NCBI GenBank assembly: GCA_965220745.1
Contig: CBDCQT010000008.1
Location: forward strand, 1 to 26,244
Length of the DNA stretch: 26,244 nt
From: Alphaproteobacteria bacterium
GTDB lineage: Bacteria > Pseudomonadota > Alphaproteobacteria > UBA828
Direction of reading: 5' to 3'
Shown here piece by piece: positions 1 through 8,336 of this stretch. How positions within the stretch are numbered: position 1 is the stretch's first letter; each line of letters begins with the position of its first letter. The notes below the pieces were generated by a model. It was not told the origin of the DNA. It did no database searches and saw only the letters and a list, made by a program, of their open reading frames with translations. The position numbers and the translations under genes were made by a program.

Positions 1-651
1 TCGGTGTTCGCGTCCATCAGTAACCGGGGACCGGCGTGAAGGGACACGGAGGCTTCGTCGAAGGCGGAGCCGGAATGCTCCCGGCGCAGAATATTGGCAC
101 CCGAGCGCAGGCGGGTCCGGTCGTTCATCGGGTACTGGTATTCGGCACCGCCCCACAGCACGAGGCCGACGCCCGAAGTGGTGAGCTGAGCCGCGTCCCG
201 CGTGAAGGGCAGGCCGTAGATGGTGATGATCCGCTCGTCGGAGCCTGCGCCGATGTTGGTGTCGGGGGCAAGGGCGAAGCCGGCGTTGTAGCTCCCAGCG
301 CTTGCGGGCGCGGATATCCGAAAGGAACGCGTGAATGTTGGCGGCGACCTCCGGGGGCACCCCGCCGGCAAGGACCGCCTCGAAGTGCCGGCGGGCGAGG
401 GAGTCCTCCCCCTTGAGATAGAAGGAGCGGGCCAGCTCCAGGCGGACGCGAACGAGGCCGGGGTCGACCACCAGCATCCGGCGGAGGACGGCGATCGCCT
501 TGTCGAGCAGCTTGTCCCGCCGGTCGCCTTCGGCCGCCACGGCGGCCTCGATCGCCTGCATGCCATCGCGAAACATGCTGCTGAGATCCTGCGCTGCGGC
601 GGGGAGGGGAAGGCCGAACACCAAAACCACAGCGGCCAGGAAACTTCGTAT
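1..651 (-). pseudogene. Slam-family exporter 2, left copy: 5' part only, with a +1 frameshift (real or sequencing error)
   Basis: Mirror of 16469-17118. GCTCCCAGC at 291-299 has three C where the intact right copy implies GCTCCAGC. Truncated by the window edge. Confidence 0.8.
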
Positions 652-744
652 CGAAACTCCTCCTGATGCCCTCCCCTGAATGCCCCTGCCGCTTGCACGC
701 GCCGAGGTCGGCATGGTGCTCGTCGCCGGTGCGCGCTCAGTCAA

Positions 745-2364
745 TCACTGGGGGGTGGCGGCAAAGGCTCCGGCCAGCGAGGCACTCGTGCCCGTGGCAT
801 CGAACCAGCCAGCCACGCCCGCGAGGTCGACCACCGGGTACTGGTTCGCCGGGTATTTGGTGCGGTCACTGAGCACCGCGTTGTCGTGGCCGTAGAAGTT
901 GGCGCCCCACGAACCTGCCACCGGCAGGCCGCCGATGTTCGCCACGGTGATTCCGCTGGCATCATCGGCGTTATCGGCCAGAGTTATATCGACGGGCATA
1001 CCGACATTTGCAGGGCTTCCTCCCCCGCCCAACGTAACCCCCCAGCCTTCCAGGAGGCGGCCGTCTTCGTGGAACCCGGTGATGCTGCCACTAAGGGTGC
1101 CAGCGGCGTCAGCGGCACCAAAATCAACGTTCAAGGTGGCGGTCGCGGTGAAGTCGCCGATCTTGGCGTTCTGCCCGCCGACCTGCCCCTGCGTGACGTA
1201 TCTGCCGACCGCGCCGCCGCGAAACGTCGCTGAGCCGGTAAGTTGGTTGAAGTTGACCAAGTTGGTTGAACCCGATTCGGCTCCACCGCCTGCAACGTAC
1301 CTGAAGTTGTAAGTCGTCCCACTGATGTTGTCCGGGATGGAGGACCAGATGCCGAAGTAGAGGAATGCATCGTCCTGATCCAGCGGCACGCCGGAAGCAA
1401 TACTGCGAGGCTTGAAGGTCCAGTTGCTTGGCGTCGTAAAGGTTGGCTGCCCTTGGCTAAATGTGACATGAGTGGCGATGTGCGCGTTGATCTCGGCGCT
1501 GGTGGGGGCGTCGCCGCTACCAACGTCAGATGCAGCGCAGCCGGTGGCACAAGTGAACGAGCCACCCGCGCCGTCGAAGCTGCCGCTTACCGTAAGCTCC
1601 GTGACGTTGGTAGTGGTAGTACCCGCCGGAGTTTCGGTTGTGGCTTGTGCCGAGCGGCCCGTCGCAAGCGATGCGTGGTCGGATATTGTGGATATATCCG
1701 GAATTGACACACCATACCGCTTCCAGAACGCCCTGGTGCTGGGCGCCTGGATGTTGGTGTAGAGGTCGACGGTTTCGTCGGTGAGTGTGTCAGCCGTTCC
1801 GGTCTGGCCGGTGAACCTGGCGCTGCGCCAGCCGCCGGGAACGGGGGGTGCCGCAGAGCCAGAGGTCAGAGTCCCCGAAGGCCTGAATGTGAGGCTGCTT
1901 CCGTGCGGCCACGAGACGGTTACCGGCCCTTGCTCATCCGCACCACCTGTCCCCAGGTCCAGCACAGCGCCAAACGAGCTGGCGCGGGCCCTGAATTCCG
2001 CTTGTTCGGCCTCGGTCAGCTTCTGCTGCGCCTCGTCGCGATCCCCTATGGCCTCGTCGCGATCCTCTACGGCCTCGTCCCGGTCCTCTACGGCCTCGTC
2101 CCGGTCCTCTATGGCCTCGTCCCGGTCCTCTATGGCCTCGTCCCGGTCCTCTATGGCCTCGTCCCGGTCCTCTATGGCCTCGTCCCGGTCCTCTACGGCC
2201 TCGTCGCGCACCCGCTCGGCTTCTTCCAGCTGCTCTTGGAGAGCCTCCTCCTCGGCCTTGGTCAGGCCGTCACTGCCCGAGCAAGCCGAGAGGGCGAAAC
2301 CGGCCGCCGCAATAAGAGCGATTGCGCTTCCGCGGGTGAGCCATGCAGCTTTCGTGCGTTTCAT
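745..2364 (-). CDS. Surface lipoprotein B with heptad-repeat stalk and C-terminal TbpB-like beta-barrel (left copy)
   Basis: 539 aa. Signal II with lipobox LSAC (Cys28). RDEA(I/V)ED repeats. C-terminal motifs GSATFRGGAVGRY, ATLNVDFG, GSWGANFYG, SLAGAFAAT resemble TbpB/fHbp-type barrels. Identical to 14756-16375. Confidence 0.85.
   Translation of the reverse strand: MKRTKAAWLTRGSAIALIAAAGFALSACSGSDGLTKAEEEALQEQLEEAERVRDEAVEDRDEAIEDRDEAIEDRDEAIEDRDEAIEDRDEAVEDRDEAVEDRDEAIGDRDEAQQKLTEAEQAEFRARASSFGAVLDLGTGGADEQGPVTVSWPHGSSLTFRPSGTLTSGSAAPPVPGGWRSARFTGQTGTADTLTDETVDLYTNIQAPSTRAFWKRYGVSIPDISTISDHASLATGRSAQATTETPAGTTTTNVTELTVSGSFDGAGGSFTCATGCAASDVGSGDAPTSAEINAHIATHVTFSQGQPTFTTPSNWTFKPRSIASGVPLDQDDAFLYFGIWSSIPDNISGTTYNFRYVAGGGAESGSTNLVNFNQLTGSATFRGGAVGRYVTQGQVGGQNAKIGDFTATATLNVDFGAADAAGTLSGSITGFHEDGRLLEGWGVTLGGGGSPANVGMPVDITLADNADDASGITVANIGGLPVAGSWGANFYGHDNAVLSDRTKYPANQYPVVDLAGVAGWFDATGTSASLAGAFAATPQ
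2029..2208 (-). repeat. 21-bp coding tandem repeat, 8 full units plus a partial unit (left copy)
   Basis: Repeated GGCCTCGTCCCGGTCCTCTA(T/C) on the + strand; mirror of 14912-15091. Confidence 0.95.
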
Positions 2365-2650
2365 CGGTGTTCTCCTTCAGAATGCATGATCACGTCTGCG
2401 GCCGGCCAAGTGGGAGCACGGCAGGGTCAGGCCGCATCTTGAGGACCCCGCCGCGCGGAACCGCCCGAGAGCACAGCGGCCACGGTCTCGTCTGTTGCAC
2501 CGTCGAACCCGCCGACCCCCTTCAACCGCTCCCGATTGGTCCCACGGGTTCCGGGTTCCGGTCATCGCCCCTGCCTCCTCCGGATGGCGTCGCGCACGCC
2601 GTGCATATCCGTCCTCATCCCGTTGCGTCGCGGGCAGTTGCTGTGTTCTC

Positions 2651-4009
2651 CTAGAACGTCCGCACCACTCCGAGCTCCGCCACGCTGCGCTCGTACTCGT
2701 AGAGCCCGAGATTGCTGTCGCGCACCTCGTGCCTCACCGTGACCTCCGGCATGAAGCCGAACAGGTCGATATGGCGGTTCGACACCGTGATCCGTCCCGC
2801 AAGCGTCTCGTCCTGCCGCGCGTCCGGCCCGTAGATCGGAAGAGGCGCCCCGTATTCCCGCCAGCGAAAGCTCGGGCCCGCCGTCACGACGAACCCGCGG
2901 GGAAGCTCCCGCGCCACGGAAAGTCCGACGATGAACTCGCGCCACGAATAGGCGTCGCTGTCGAGCGCCTCCCGGCGCCAGCCCGCAATGCCCTGCAGCA
3001 GGGTCGTCTGGCCCAGGGCGTGGGACAGGCCAACCTGCGCCGTGTAGAGGACGCCCTCGCCCAGGAAGGTCTCGTACGAGTTCCACTCCGCTCCCGCCGA
3101 CCCGCTCAGACGCCATGTCGGCGCCATCAGCCAGTCGCCTGAAAGCTCCACTCCCCCGGCACGGCTGTAGGTCTCGTTCCCCAGCTGCCGGCCCCGCGCC
3201 ACAAGCTCGGGCCGCAGCTCGAAGCGCTCGAAGAGAAACCGCGGGCCGGCCCGCAGGCTCAGCGTCTGCTCGTTGAACGCGCTCTTGCCGCTGCCGTAGG
3301 TGCGCGTGTGCAAGTGAGCCGAGGTGCGCAGCCGCACGTCGGGCGAGAGCCGCGCCTCGTAGCCGCCGCCTACGCTCGCGCTCAGCCCCACGCCGCTGGT
3401 CTGTCGTGCGTCCTCCGACAGCGTCGCAGGAAGCCCGAACAGGTCGATCTCCCGCGCGCTGGTGGCGGCGTTGATATTGGTGTCGGGGGCAAGCGAGAGG
3501 GTGCCCGTGACCGACCAGGACTTGCGTCGCCGGATGCGGTCCAGGAAGGACAGCGCGTTCGCCCGCACGGTGGGGGGCAGGTCCTCGGCCGCAAGTGCCT
3601 GACGGAAGTGGTAGGCGGCGCTGCCGTCCTCGCCCGCCTGGAAGTAGGCCAGCGCAAGGTCGAGACGGACCCGCAGCAGGGACGGGTCTCTGGCGAGCAT
3701 GGCGCGGAAGCGCGCGATCGCCTCCTGCCACTCGCCGCGCATCATCGCGATCGTGCCCCAGAGGAAGTCGATGTCGTCGATGTTCCCCTGACCCAGCTTG
3801 ACGCCCTCCAGCAGCAGCGCGGCATTGTCCGGCTCGCCCGCCGCCAACGCAGCACGGGCAGCCTCGATCAGGGCCTCTGCGGAGAGCCCCGGCGTCGGCG
3901 GCTCCTGCGCGCGCGCGGGACCGGGCAACGCCAGTGCCACAAGGACCAGGACGAGCAGCAGTATCGGGACCGGGACGAACAGGACCGCGGGCCGAACCGT
4001 GAGAGCCAT
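2651..4009 (-). CDS. Slam-family surface lipoprotein assembly modulator 1 (TPR plus DUF560-type outer-membrane barrel), left copy
   Basis: 452 aa. Sec signal ending ARA-Q. TPR-like RVRLDLALAYFQAG. APDTNINAA motif at the barrel start, amphipathic strands, C-terminal Phe (VVRTF). Directly downstream of a TbpB-barrel lipoprotein. Confidence 0.88.
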   Translation of the reverse strand: MALTVRPAVLFVPVPILLLVLVLVALALPGPARAQEPPTPGLSAEALIEAARAALAAGEPDNAALLLEGVKLGQGNIDDIDFLWGTIAMMRGEWQEAIARFRAMLARDPSLLRVRLDLALAYFQAGEDGSAAYHFRQALAAEDLPPTVRANALSFLDRIRRRKSWSVTGTLSLAPDTNINAATSAREIDLFGLPATLSEDARQTSGVGLSASVGGGYEARLSPDVRLRTSAHLHTRTYGSGKSAFNEQTLSLRAGPRFLFERFELRPELVARGRQLGNETYSRAGGVELSGDWLMAPTWRLSGSAGAEWNSYETFLGEGVLYTAQVGLSHALGQTTLLQGIAGWRREALDSDAYSWREFIVGLSVARELPRGFVVTAGPSFRWREYGAPLPIYGPDARQDETLAGRITVSNRHIDLFGFMPEVTVRHEVRDSNLGLYEYERSVAELGVVRTF

Positions 4010-4048
4010 GGAGACCTTCAGGCCATCGCGCGAGTGGCATCGGGTGAG

Positions 4049-4084
4049 AAAAAGGCGCCCGGCCCGTACCCGGACCGGGCGCCT
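4049..4084 (-). terminator. Rho-independent terminator after lipoprotein A (left copy)
   Basis: Mirror of 13036-13071; GC-rich stem followed by a T-run on the minus strand. Confidence 0.8.
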
Positions 4085-4116
4085 GCACTGGTTGAACCGT
4101 CGAGCGAGCGGGGCCG

Positions 4117-5949
4117 TTAGTCGTCTGCCTCCTTGGCCCCGCCGAAGGCACCGACGAATGCGCCGCCCTCGTTGCCTTCAGAGGCGAAGTCGAAGATGCC
4201 GCCGGCCTCCGCATTCTTCGCGCCATAGAACCCGCCACTGAACGAGCCGGTGAAGGTGGCGTCGGAGTCCAATCCGTGCATGCCGTCAATGCCCGATGCG
4301 TCGTCGTCGCCAGAGAACGTGTTGCCCGATATATCGCCCTTCAGCGTGGCGAGGTTAGTCAGGGTTGCGGTGATCGTGGCCTTGTCGAAGTCCGCTATGA
4401 TAGCGGCATCGTCGTGCAGAAGCCTGATCGTGCCTTCCCCATCCGGGTGGGCTTCCTGCACGGCAGCGGCCCAGTTGCCGTTGTACGTGGCCGAGCCAGC
4501 GTTCTGCATGTCAGCCCCAGTCATCCCGTCGCCGATGCTCTGGACGAAGCCGATGCCGAGATCCACAACCTCTTGCGTGCCGTCCTTGGCGGCCTCACCC
4601 AGCCCAGCCCAGACGCCGAAGTGCACGTGGCTGTAGTCCTTGGCCGCTGGAAGGTCGGCGGTCACGAAGACGTTTTCGTCGCCTTCGGTCGTGTCGTTGG
4701 TTCCGAGCCCGTCTTGATTGACCGCAAAATGCACGTCGACGAGTACATACTCATACTCCGCGCTCGTCTCGCCATCGCCATCAGTCGTAGCGGTGGTTTC
4801 ATTCAGCACCACATAGACCGTTGGGCTACCCGTGGCCGCAGTGTTCACAAAGGAGTACACCTGCTTTGCCTTGGTGCCCGCCTCAACTATGTCTCCAGCC
4901 GGACTATCAGTAGACCCGTCGCCAGGGGTAAGTGTTCCCGCAGTGCCGCTATTCGTCGTTGTGTCAACCTCGAAGAACATACCCACAGGGCGCAACGTAA
5001 GCTCCACGTTGGTGTCTGTTGCGAGATCGGCTCCAGAGGTAATTCCAGTCCCTCCAGAGGCCACCTCAACTGTTCCTTCCTTTTCACCCATGTGCGCGGT
5101 AGCGGCACCAGCGGCATACACCTTGACAGACCGAGTGCTTGCATAGGCTGTGATGATCTGCAAGCGCGCCATGTCGTCAGCCGAATCCACCTTCTTGCCG
5201 ATTTTGAGGTCATCACGCATCTCTGCGTTCACCTTGGGCGACACATACTCAGTTTCGGTGATGAGAACAGCATCGATAGCCACACGGCCATACGTCGCAT
5301 CACCCGTCGTCATCGGCGTGCTGAGCAGCCCCGTGGTAACCACTTGCGCGTCATCGCCAGACCCGGAAGTCACCTCGATCTTCGGCGCTTCCGCATCGAT
5401 GGTCGTCTCGCCGACGCTCTTCATCGTGCCGTCGATCTTCAACTCCATATTGGCGCTCGCGATGGCCTTTTTGCTGTATTCGTCGGCCTTCATGGCCGCC
5501 GCTTCGGCATCCGCCTGGGCTGCCCTGGCCTTCGCCAACTCTTCGCCGGCAACGCTCGCGAGCGTTGCCGCCGCCGCCGCGTCGCTGGCCGCCTTGGCTG
5601 CCATGTACGCCGTCATGGCCGCGTCGGCTTGCATCTGAGCCTTATCGGCTTGAGACATTGCCATCGCGCCGGTCTGTGCGGTCGCGAGGTTCTCCGTCGC
5701 GTCCCCGGCGTCGCTGGCCGCCATCGCTGCATTGTCCGACGCCATCTTGGCGGCATCAGCCGCGTCTGCGGCCGCCGTCTGGGTCTCCTCAAGATCCGTC
5801 GGACCCGGATCCGGCGTGGGCGTCGGCGTCTCCTCTACGACCGGCTCCGGATCATCGCCGCCGTCGTGGACGCAGCCGTACATGACGGCGGTGAGGGCGA
5901 CGATCGAGCACGCCGCCAGCAAACTGCGAGTCAACTTCGTCTTCTTCAT
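4117..5949 (-). CDS. Surface lipoprotein A with Ala-rich stalk and C-terminal TbpB-like beta-barrel (left copy)
   Basis: 610 aa. Signal II ending MYGC (Cys26). Pro/Thr linker and Ala-rich helix. C-terminal GSATYNGNW, ADFDKATITA, GSFSGGFYGAKNAEAGGIF, GAFVGAFGG typical of TbpB C-terminal barrels. SD AGGAG upstream. Confidence 0.88.
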   Translation of the reverse strand: MKKTKLTRSLLAACSIVALTAVMYGCVHDGGDDPEPVVEETPTPTPDPGPTDLEETQTAAADAADAAKMASDNAAMAASDAGDATENLATAQTGAMAMSQADKAQMQADAAMTAYMAAKAASDAAAAATLASVAGEELAKARAAQADAEAAAMKADEYSKKAIASANMELKIDGTMKSVGETTIDAEAPKIEVTSGSGDDAQVVTTGLLSTPMTTGDATYGRVAIDAVLITETEYVSPKVNAEMRDDLKIGKKVDSADDMARLQIITAYASTRSVKVYAAGAATAHMGEKEGTVEVASGGTGITSGADLATDTNVELTLRPVGMFFEVDTTTNSGTAGTLTPGDGSTDSPAGDIVEAGTKAKQVYSFVNTAATGSPTVYVVLNETTATTDGDGETSAEYEYVLVDVHFAVNQDGLGTNDTTEGDENVFVTADLPAAKDYSHVHFGVWAGLGEAAKDGTQEVVDLGIGFVQSIGDGMTGADMQNAGSATYNGNWAAAVQEAHPDGEGTIRLLHDDAAIIADFDKATITATLTNLATLKGDISGNTFSGDDDASGIDGMHGLDSDATFTGSFSGGFYGAKNAEAGGIFDFASEGNEGGAFVGAFGGAKEADD

Positions 5950-5976
5950 GGCTTCGAGGCTCTCCTTTGCATCTAG

Positions 5977-5996
5977 GAGGCCTCGGCCGAGGCCTC
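5977..5996. promoter_or_regulatory. Perfect 20-bp palindrome in the leader of left lipoprotein A
   Basis: GAGGCCTCGGCCGAGGCCTC, 10 bp outside the inverted-repeat boundary. The palindrome is seen directly; its function is inferred. Confidence 0.5.
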
Positions 5997-6246
5997 GCTG
6001 GGTTCAACAAGTCGGCCGTCAACGTACCTGACGACTCGGCAACTGTCCATAGCCCGTGAACTTCACCATACCGGCGCCCGCTTGTCTACATCGGAAAAGC
6101 GGCCATGAGCCATGAAGCGATCCCAAACCGTCATGGGGACTCCGCCCCTCGTCGCTGCTGCCTCCCTGCACATCCGCAGGCCTCCTTCGTGCCGCGCGAT
6201 GTGCTGAGCCGAATTCTCGCCACAATTCCGCGCCCTTTGCAAGCCC

Positions 6247-6264
6247 GAAATTCGACCGAATTTC
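6247..6264. promoter_or_regulatory. 8-2-8 palindrome, candidate protein-binding site
   Basis: GAAATTCG-AC-CGAATTTC. A near copy, CGAAATCGACCGAATTT, lies at 10951-10967 at the other end of the core. Confidence 0.5.
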
Positions 6265-6925
6265 AACTTGCCGAACAAAGCCTTACAGCCATGCCCCTCC
6301 GCACCTCGCCGCTCCCGGCCCCTCGCAGGAACGCGGCCTGCAGCAACCGACCGGGCCGGCCCTCGCACGGAACGCGAGGCTTCCGGTCGAACTGCCGACG
6401 CCAGACGCCGTATCGGAGCCGTCGGCACAGCGGCATCGGCATCCTCGGCGGGGTCGCGACGGTGCGCGTGGTGGAGCCAGCGACAGTGGTCACGCCAGGT
6501 TCCCGCAGCCCGCGATGTGAACGTCGACACTCAGTTAAACATGGAACAGGAGCGGGAGGTTCGCGAGCTGCCCGACCGGGGGGAATTCGGCGGTTTGAGG
6601 GGCTTTTTCGGCCTCCGGCGGACTCCTTGATGACGGTGGATTCCGGTGATTCCAGGGCCGCTACGGTGAGGGTCGCCATCAGCGCGCGCCACGAAGCGGA
6701 ACGGATTCTGGCTCGGACGCCTCCAAGTGTGATCCGCAGATGGCCTTGCCGGTTGCACCAGACGCGGCAATGAATCGGAATCGGTACGGGCCGCACCGTG
6801 TGTCCCCGCCCGTCGCCGTGAGGCAGCGCGCCGCCGTGCGCTCGTGGCATCCCGCCAGGCCCTCCGCTACTATCCTGGCCGACGGTTGCAGCATGAGCAC
6901 GCGGCTGCCCGAAGAGGATGCGGCC

Positions 6926-7957
6926 ATGCGGCACGACGAAGCCTTCAAAGCCATTTTCTCCCACAAGATTTCGGTCGAGCATCTGCTCCGCTTTCTCGCC
7001 GGCACGATCGACGACGGCCCGGACTGGATCGCAGCCTTCGACCCCGAGACCCTGGAGCCGGTGCCCACCGAGCGCATCGACGAGACCCTGCACCGCCACC
7101 TCAGCGATCTGGTCTGGCGCATGCGCCGGCGTGACGGCGGCGAAGAGGACTGGGCCTACCTCTTCGTGCTGATCGAGCTTCAGTCGTCGGTGGATCATCT
7201 GATGGCGTTCAGGGTTCGCACCTACGTGGACCTGCTCTATCGCGGGCTCCTGGCGGGTCGCCGCTTCGGCGCCTCGGACCGCCTGCCGCCGGTGCTCCCC
7301 GTGGTGCTCTACAACGGGAAATCTCCATGGACGGCGGCGACGAGCGTGGAGGAGCTGGTTGCGCCGGCGGTCCGCCCCTCCGGCGACTTGGTCCCCGTGC
7401 CCTTCTACGCCGGCGCGTCTTACGTGACGCTTGACGTCGGTCGGGTCGGGGGCGGAGACTCCCCATCGGACGATGTGCTCTCTCTCGTGATCGGCATCGA
7501 GCGGATGTCATCTTATAGTGAGGGACACGCGACGCTGCGTGAGGCGTTCTCCGTCCTTCGCGGTCCCGAGCACCGGCAGTTGCGCCGGACGTTTTATGAC
7601 TGGTTCACGATGCTCGCCGGGCAGGGCGCCGAAGGCACTTTGATCGAGGAGTTCGAGGAGATGGAACGGATTCCTGCAGAAGGAGAGATGCGGACGCCGG
7701 TGCAGGATCGCGTGCGCGCGTGGCGAGAGGCGGACCGTGAGCAGGGCCGCGCGGAGGGCTTCGAGAAGGGTATCGCGCAAGAACGCGCCTTGCTGCGACG
7801 CCTCATCGAACGCAAGTTCGGTGCGGACACCGCCGGGCGTGCTGCCTCCCTGCTGGCCGGGATCGGGGAGCCGGAGCGGCTAGCCGACGTCGGCGACTGG
7901 ATCATCGACTGCGCCTCGGGCGACGAGCTGATCGCGCGGCTGGAGCGCGCAAACTAA
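6926..7957 (+). CDS. Rpn/YhgA-like recombination-promoting nuclease (Transposase_31, PD-(D/E)XK)
   Basis: Motifs HDEAFKAIFS, SDLVWR, VLIELQSSVDHLMAFRV, LPPVLPVVLYNG..PW and C-terminal EQGRAEGFEKG..LLRRLIERKFG. Start moved from 6740 to ATG 6926, which follows GAAGAGGA and begins the family-like N-terminus. Confidence 0.88.
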   Translation: MRHDEAFKAIFSHKISVEHLLRFLAGTIDDGPDWIAAFDPETLEPVPTERIDETLHRHLSDLVWRMRRRDGGEEDWAYLFVLIELQSSVDHLMAFRVRTYVDLLYRGLLAGRRFGASDRLPPVLPVVLYNGKSPWTAATSVEELVAPAVRPSGDLVPVPFYAGASYVTLDVGRVGGGDSPSDDVLSLVIGIERMSSYSEGHATLREAFSVLRGPEHRQLRRTFYDWFTMLAGQGAEGTLIEEFEEMERIPAEGEMRTPVQDRVRAWREADREQGRAEGFEKGIAQERALLRRLIERKFGADTAGRAASLLAGIGEPERLADVGDWIIDCASGDELIARLERAN

Positions 7958-8185
7958 AGAGTGCTTCCGCCCCCTCGCGCGAAGTCGAGAGGGGGCGATA
8001 CCGCCTCGCGCTGCCCGAAGCCACGCCTGCTCGTCTTCCCATTCCGGCCATTTGCGTGTGCTCTCGCCGGTCCCCCGGCAGAAGTGGCACGTCTCCGTTC
8101 GGTAGCTGGCGCGCACGCGCAAGTCAGCCATCATGCCGGCGAGCAGGACGAGCCGGCCGGTGCCGGCGCAGAGGCGGCACCGCAT
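7880..8185 (-). CDS. Small hypothetical protein with two CxxCxGxG (DnaJ-type zinc-finger) motifs; 3' end uncertain
   Basis: CRLCAGTG and CHFCRGTG. The ORF runs through the 7968-7997 hairpin and overlaps the rpn 3' end. Confidence 0.45.
   Translation of the reverse strand: MRCRLCAGTGRLVLLAGMMADLRVRASYRTETCHFCRGTGESTRKWPEWEDEQAWLRAARGGIAPSRLRARGRKHSLVCALQPRDQLVARGAVDDPVADVG
7968..7997. terminator. Hairpin just after the rpn stop (putative terminator)
   Basis: CGCCCCCTC/GAGGGGGCG 9-bp stem 10 nt after TAA; no clear U-tract. Confidence 0.5.
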
Positions 8186-8285
8186 CACCAAGCGTCATCC
8201 CGATCCCGCAGACTGCTCAGGCAGTTGCATCCCGGAGCGGTCCACGGTGAAGGAGGGCCAGTCGGGATGCTACCAGACCCACGTC

Positions 8286-8316
8286 ATGAGCGATAGAAGC
8301 GCCGCCTATCGCTCAT
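8286..8316. terminator. 11-9-11 inverted repeat downstream of recombinase 2 (terminator or binding site)
   Basis: ATGAGCGATAG-N9-CTATCGCTCAT, 20 nt past the 8337 stop. Confidence 0.5.
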
Positions 8317-8336
8317 TCCGGGCGCGCTCCCCGGCA

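Larger units (their letters stand above)
1..5966. repeat. Left arm of a large inverted repeat (partner 11154-17118); runs off the left window edge
   Basis: ORFs in 331-5949 have identical mirror ORFs with coordinate sum 17120 (745/16375, 2651/14469, 5949/11171). Bases 1-10 are the reverse complement of 17109-17118. Identity stops at 5966/11154. One extra C at 294-296. Confidence 0.97.

Noticed and set aside
2562-5976. Long alternative-frame or antisense ORFs over the lipoprotein and Slam genes (575 aa 2562-4289, 566 aa 4276-5976, and mirrors 12831-14558, 11147-12844)
   Set aside because: Arg/Gly/Pro-rich or motif-less shadow frames typical of high-GC DNA, overlapping better-supported genes.
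6019-6925. Several ORFs in the left part of the core (155, 222, 311, 120 aa) and the 62-aa N-terminal extension of rpn
   Set aside because: No recognisable motifs, low-complexity composition and mutual overlaps; treated as intergenic, though a small gene cannot be excluded.
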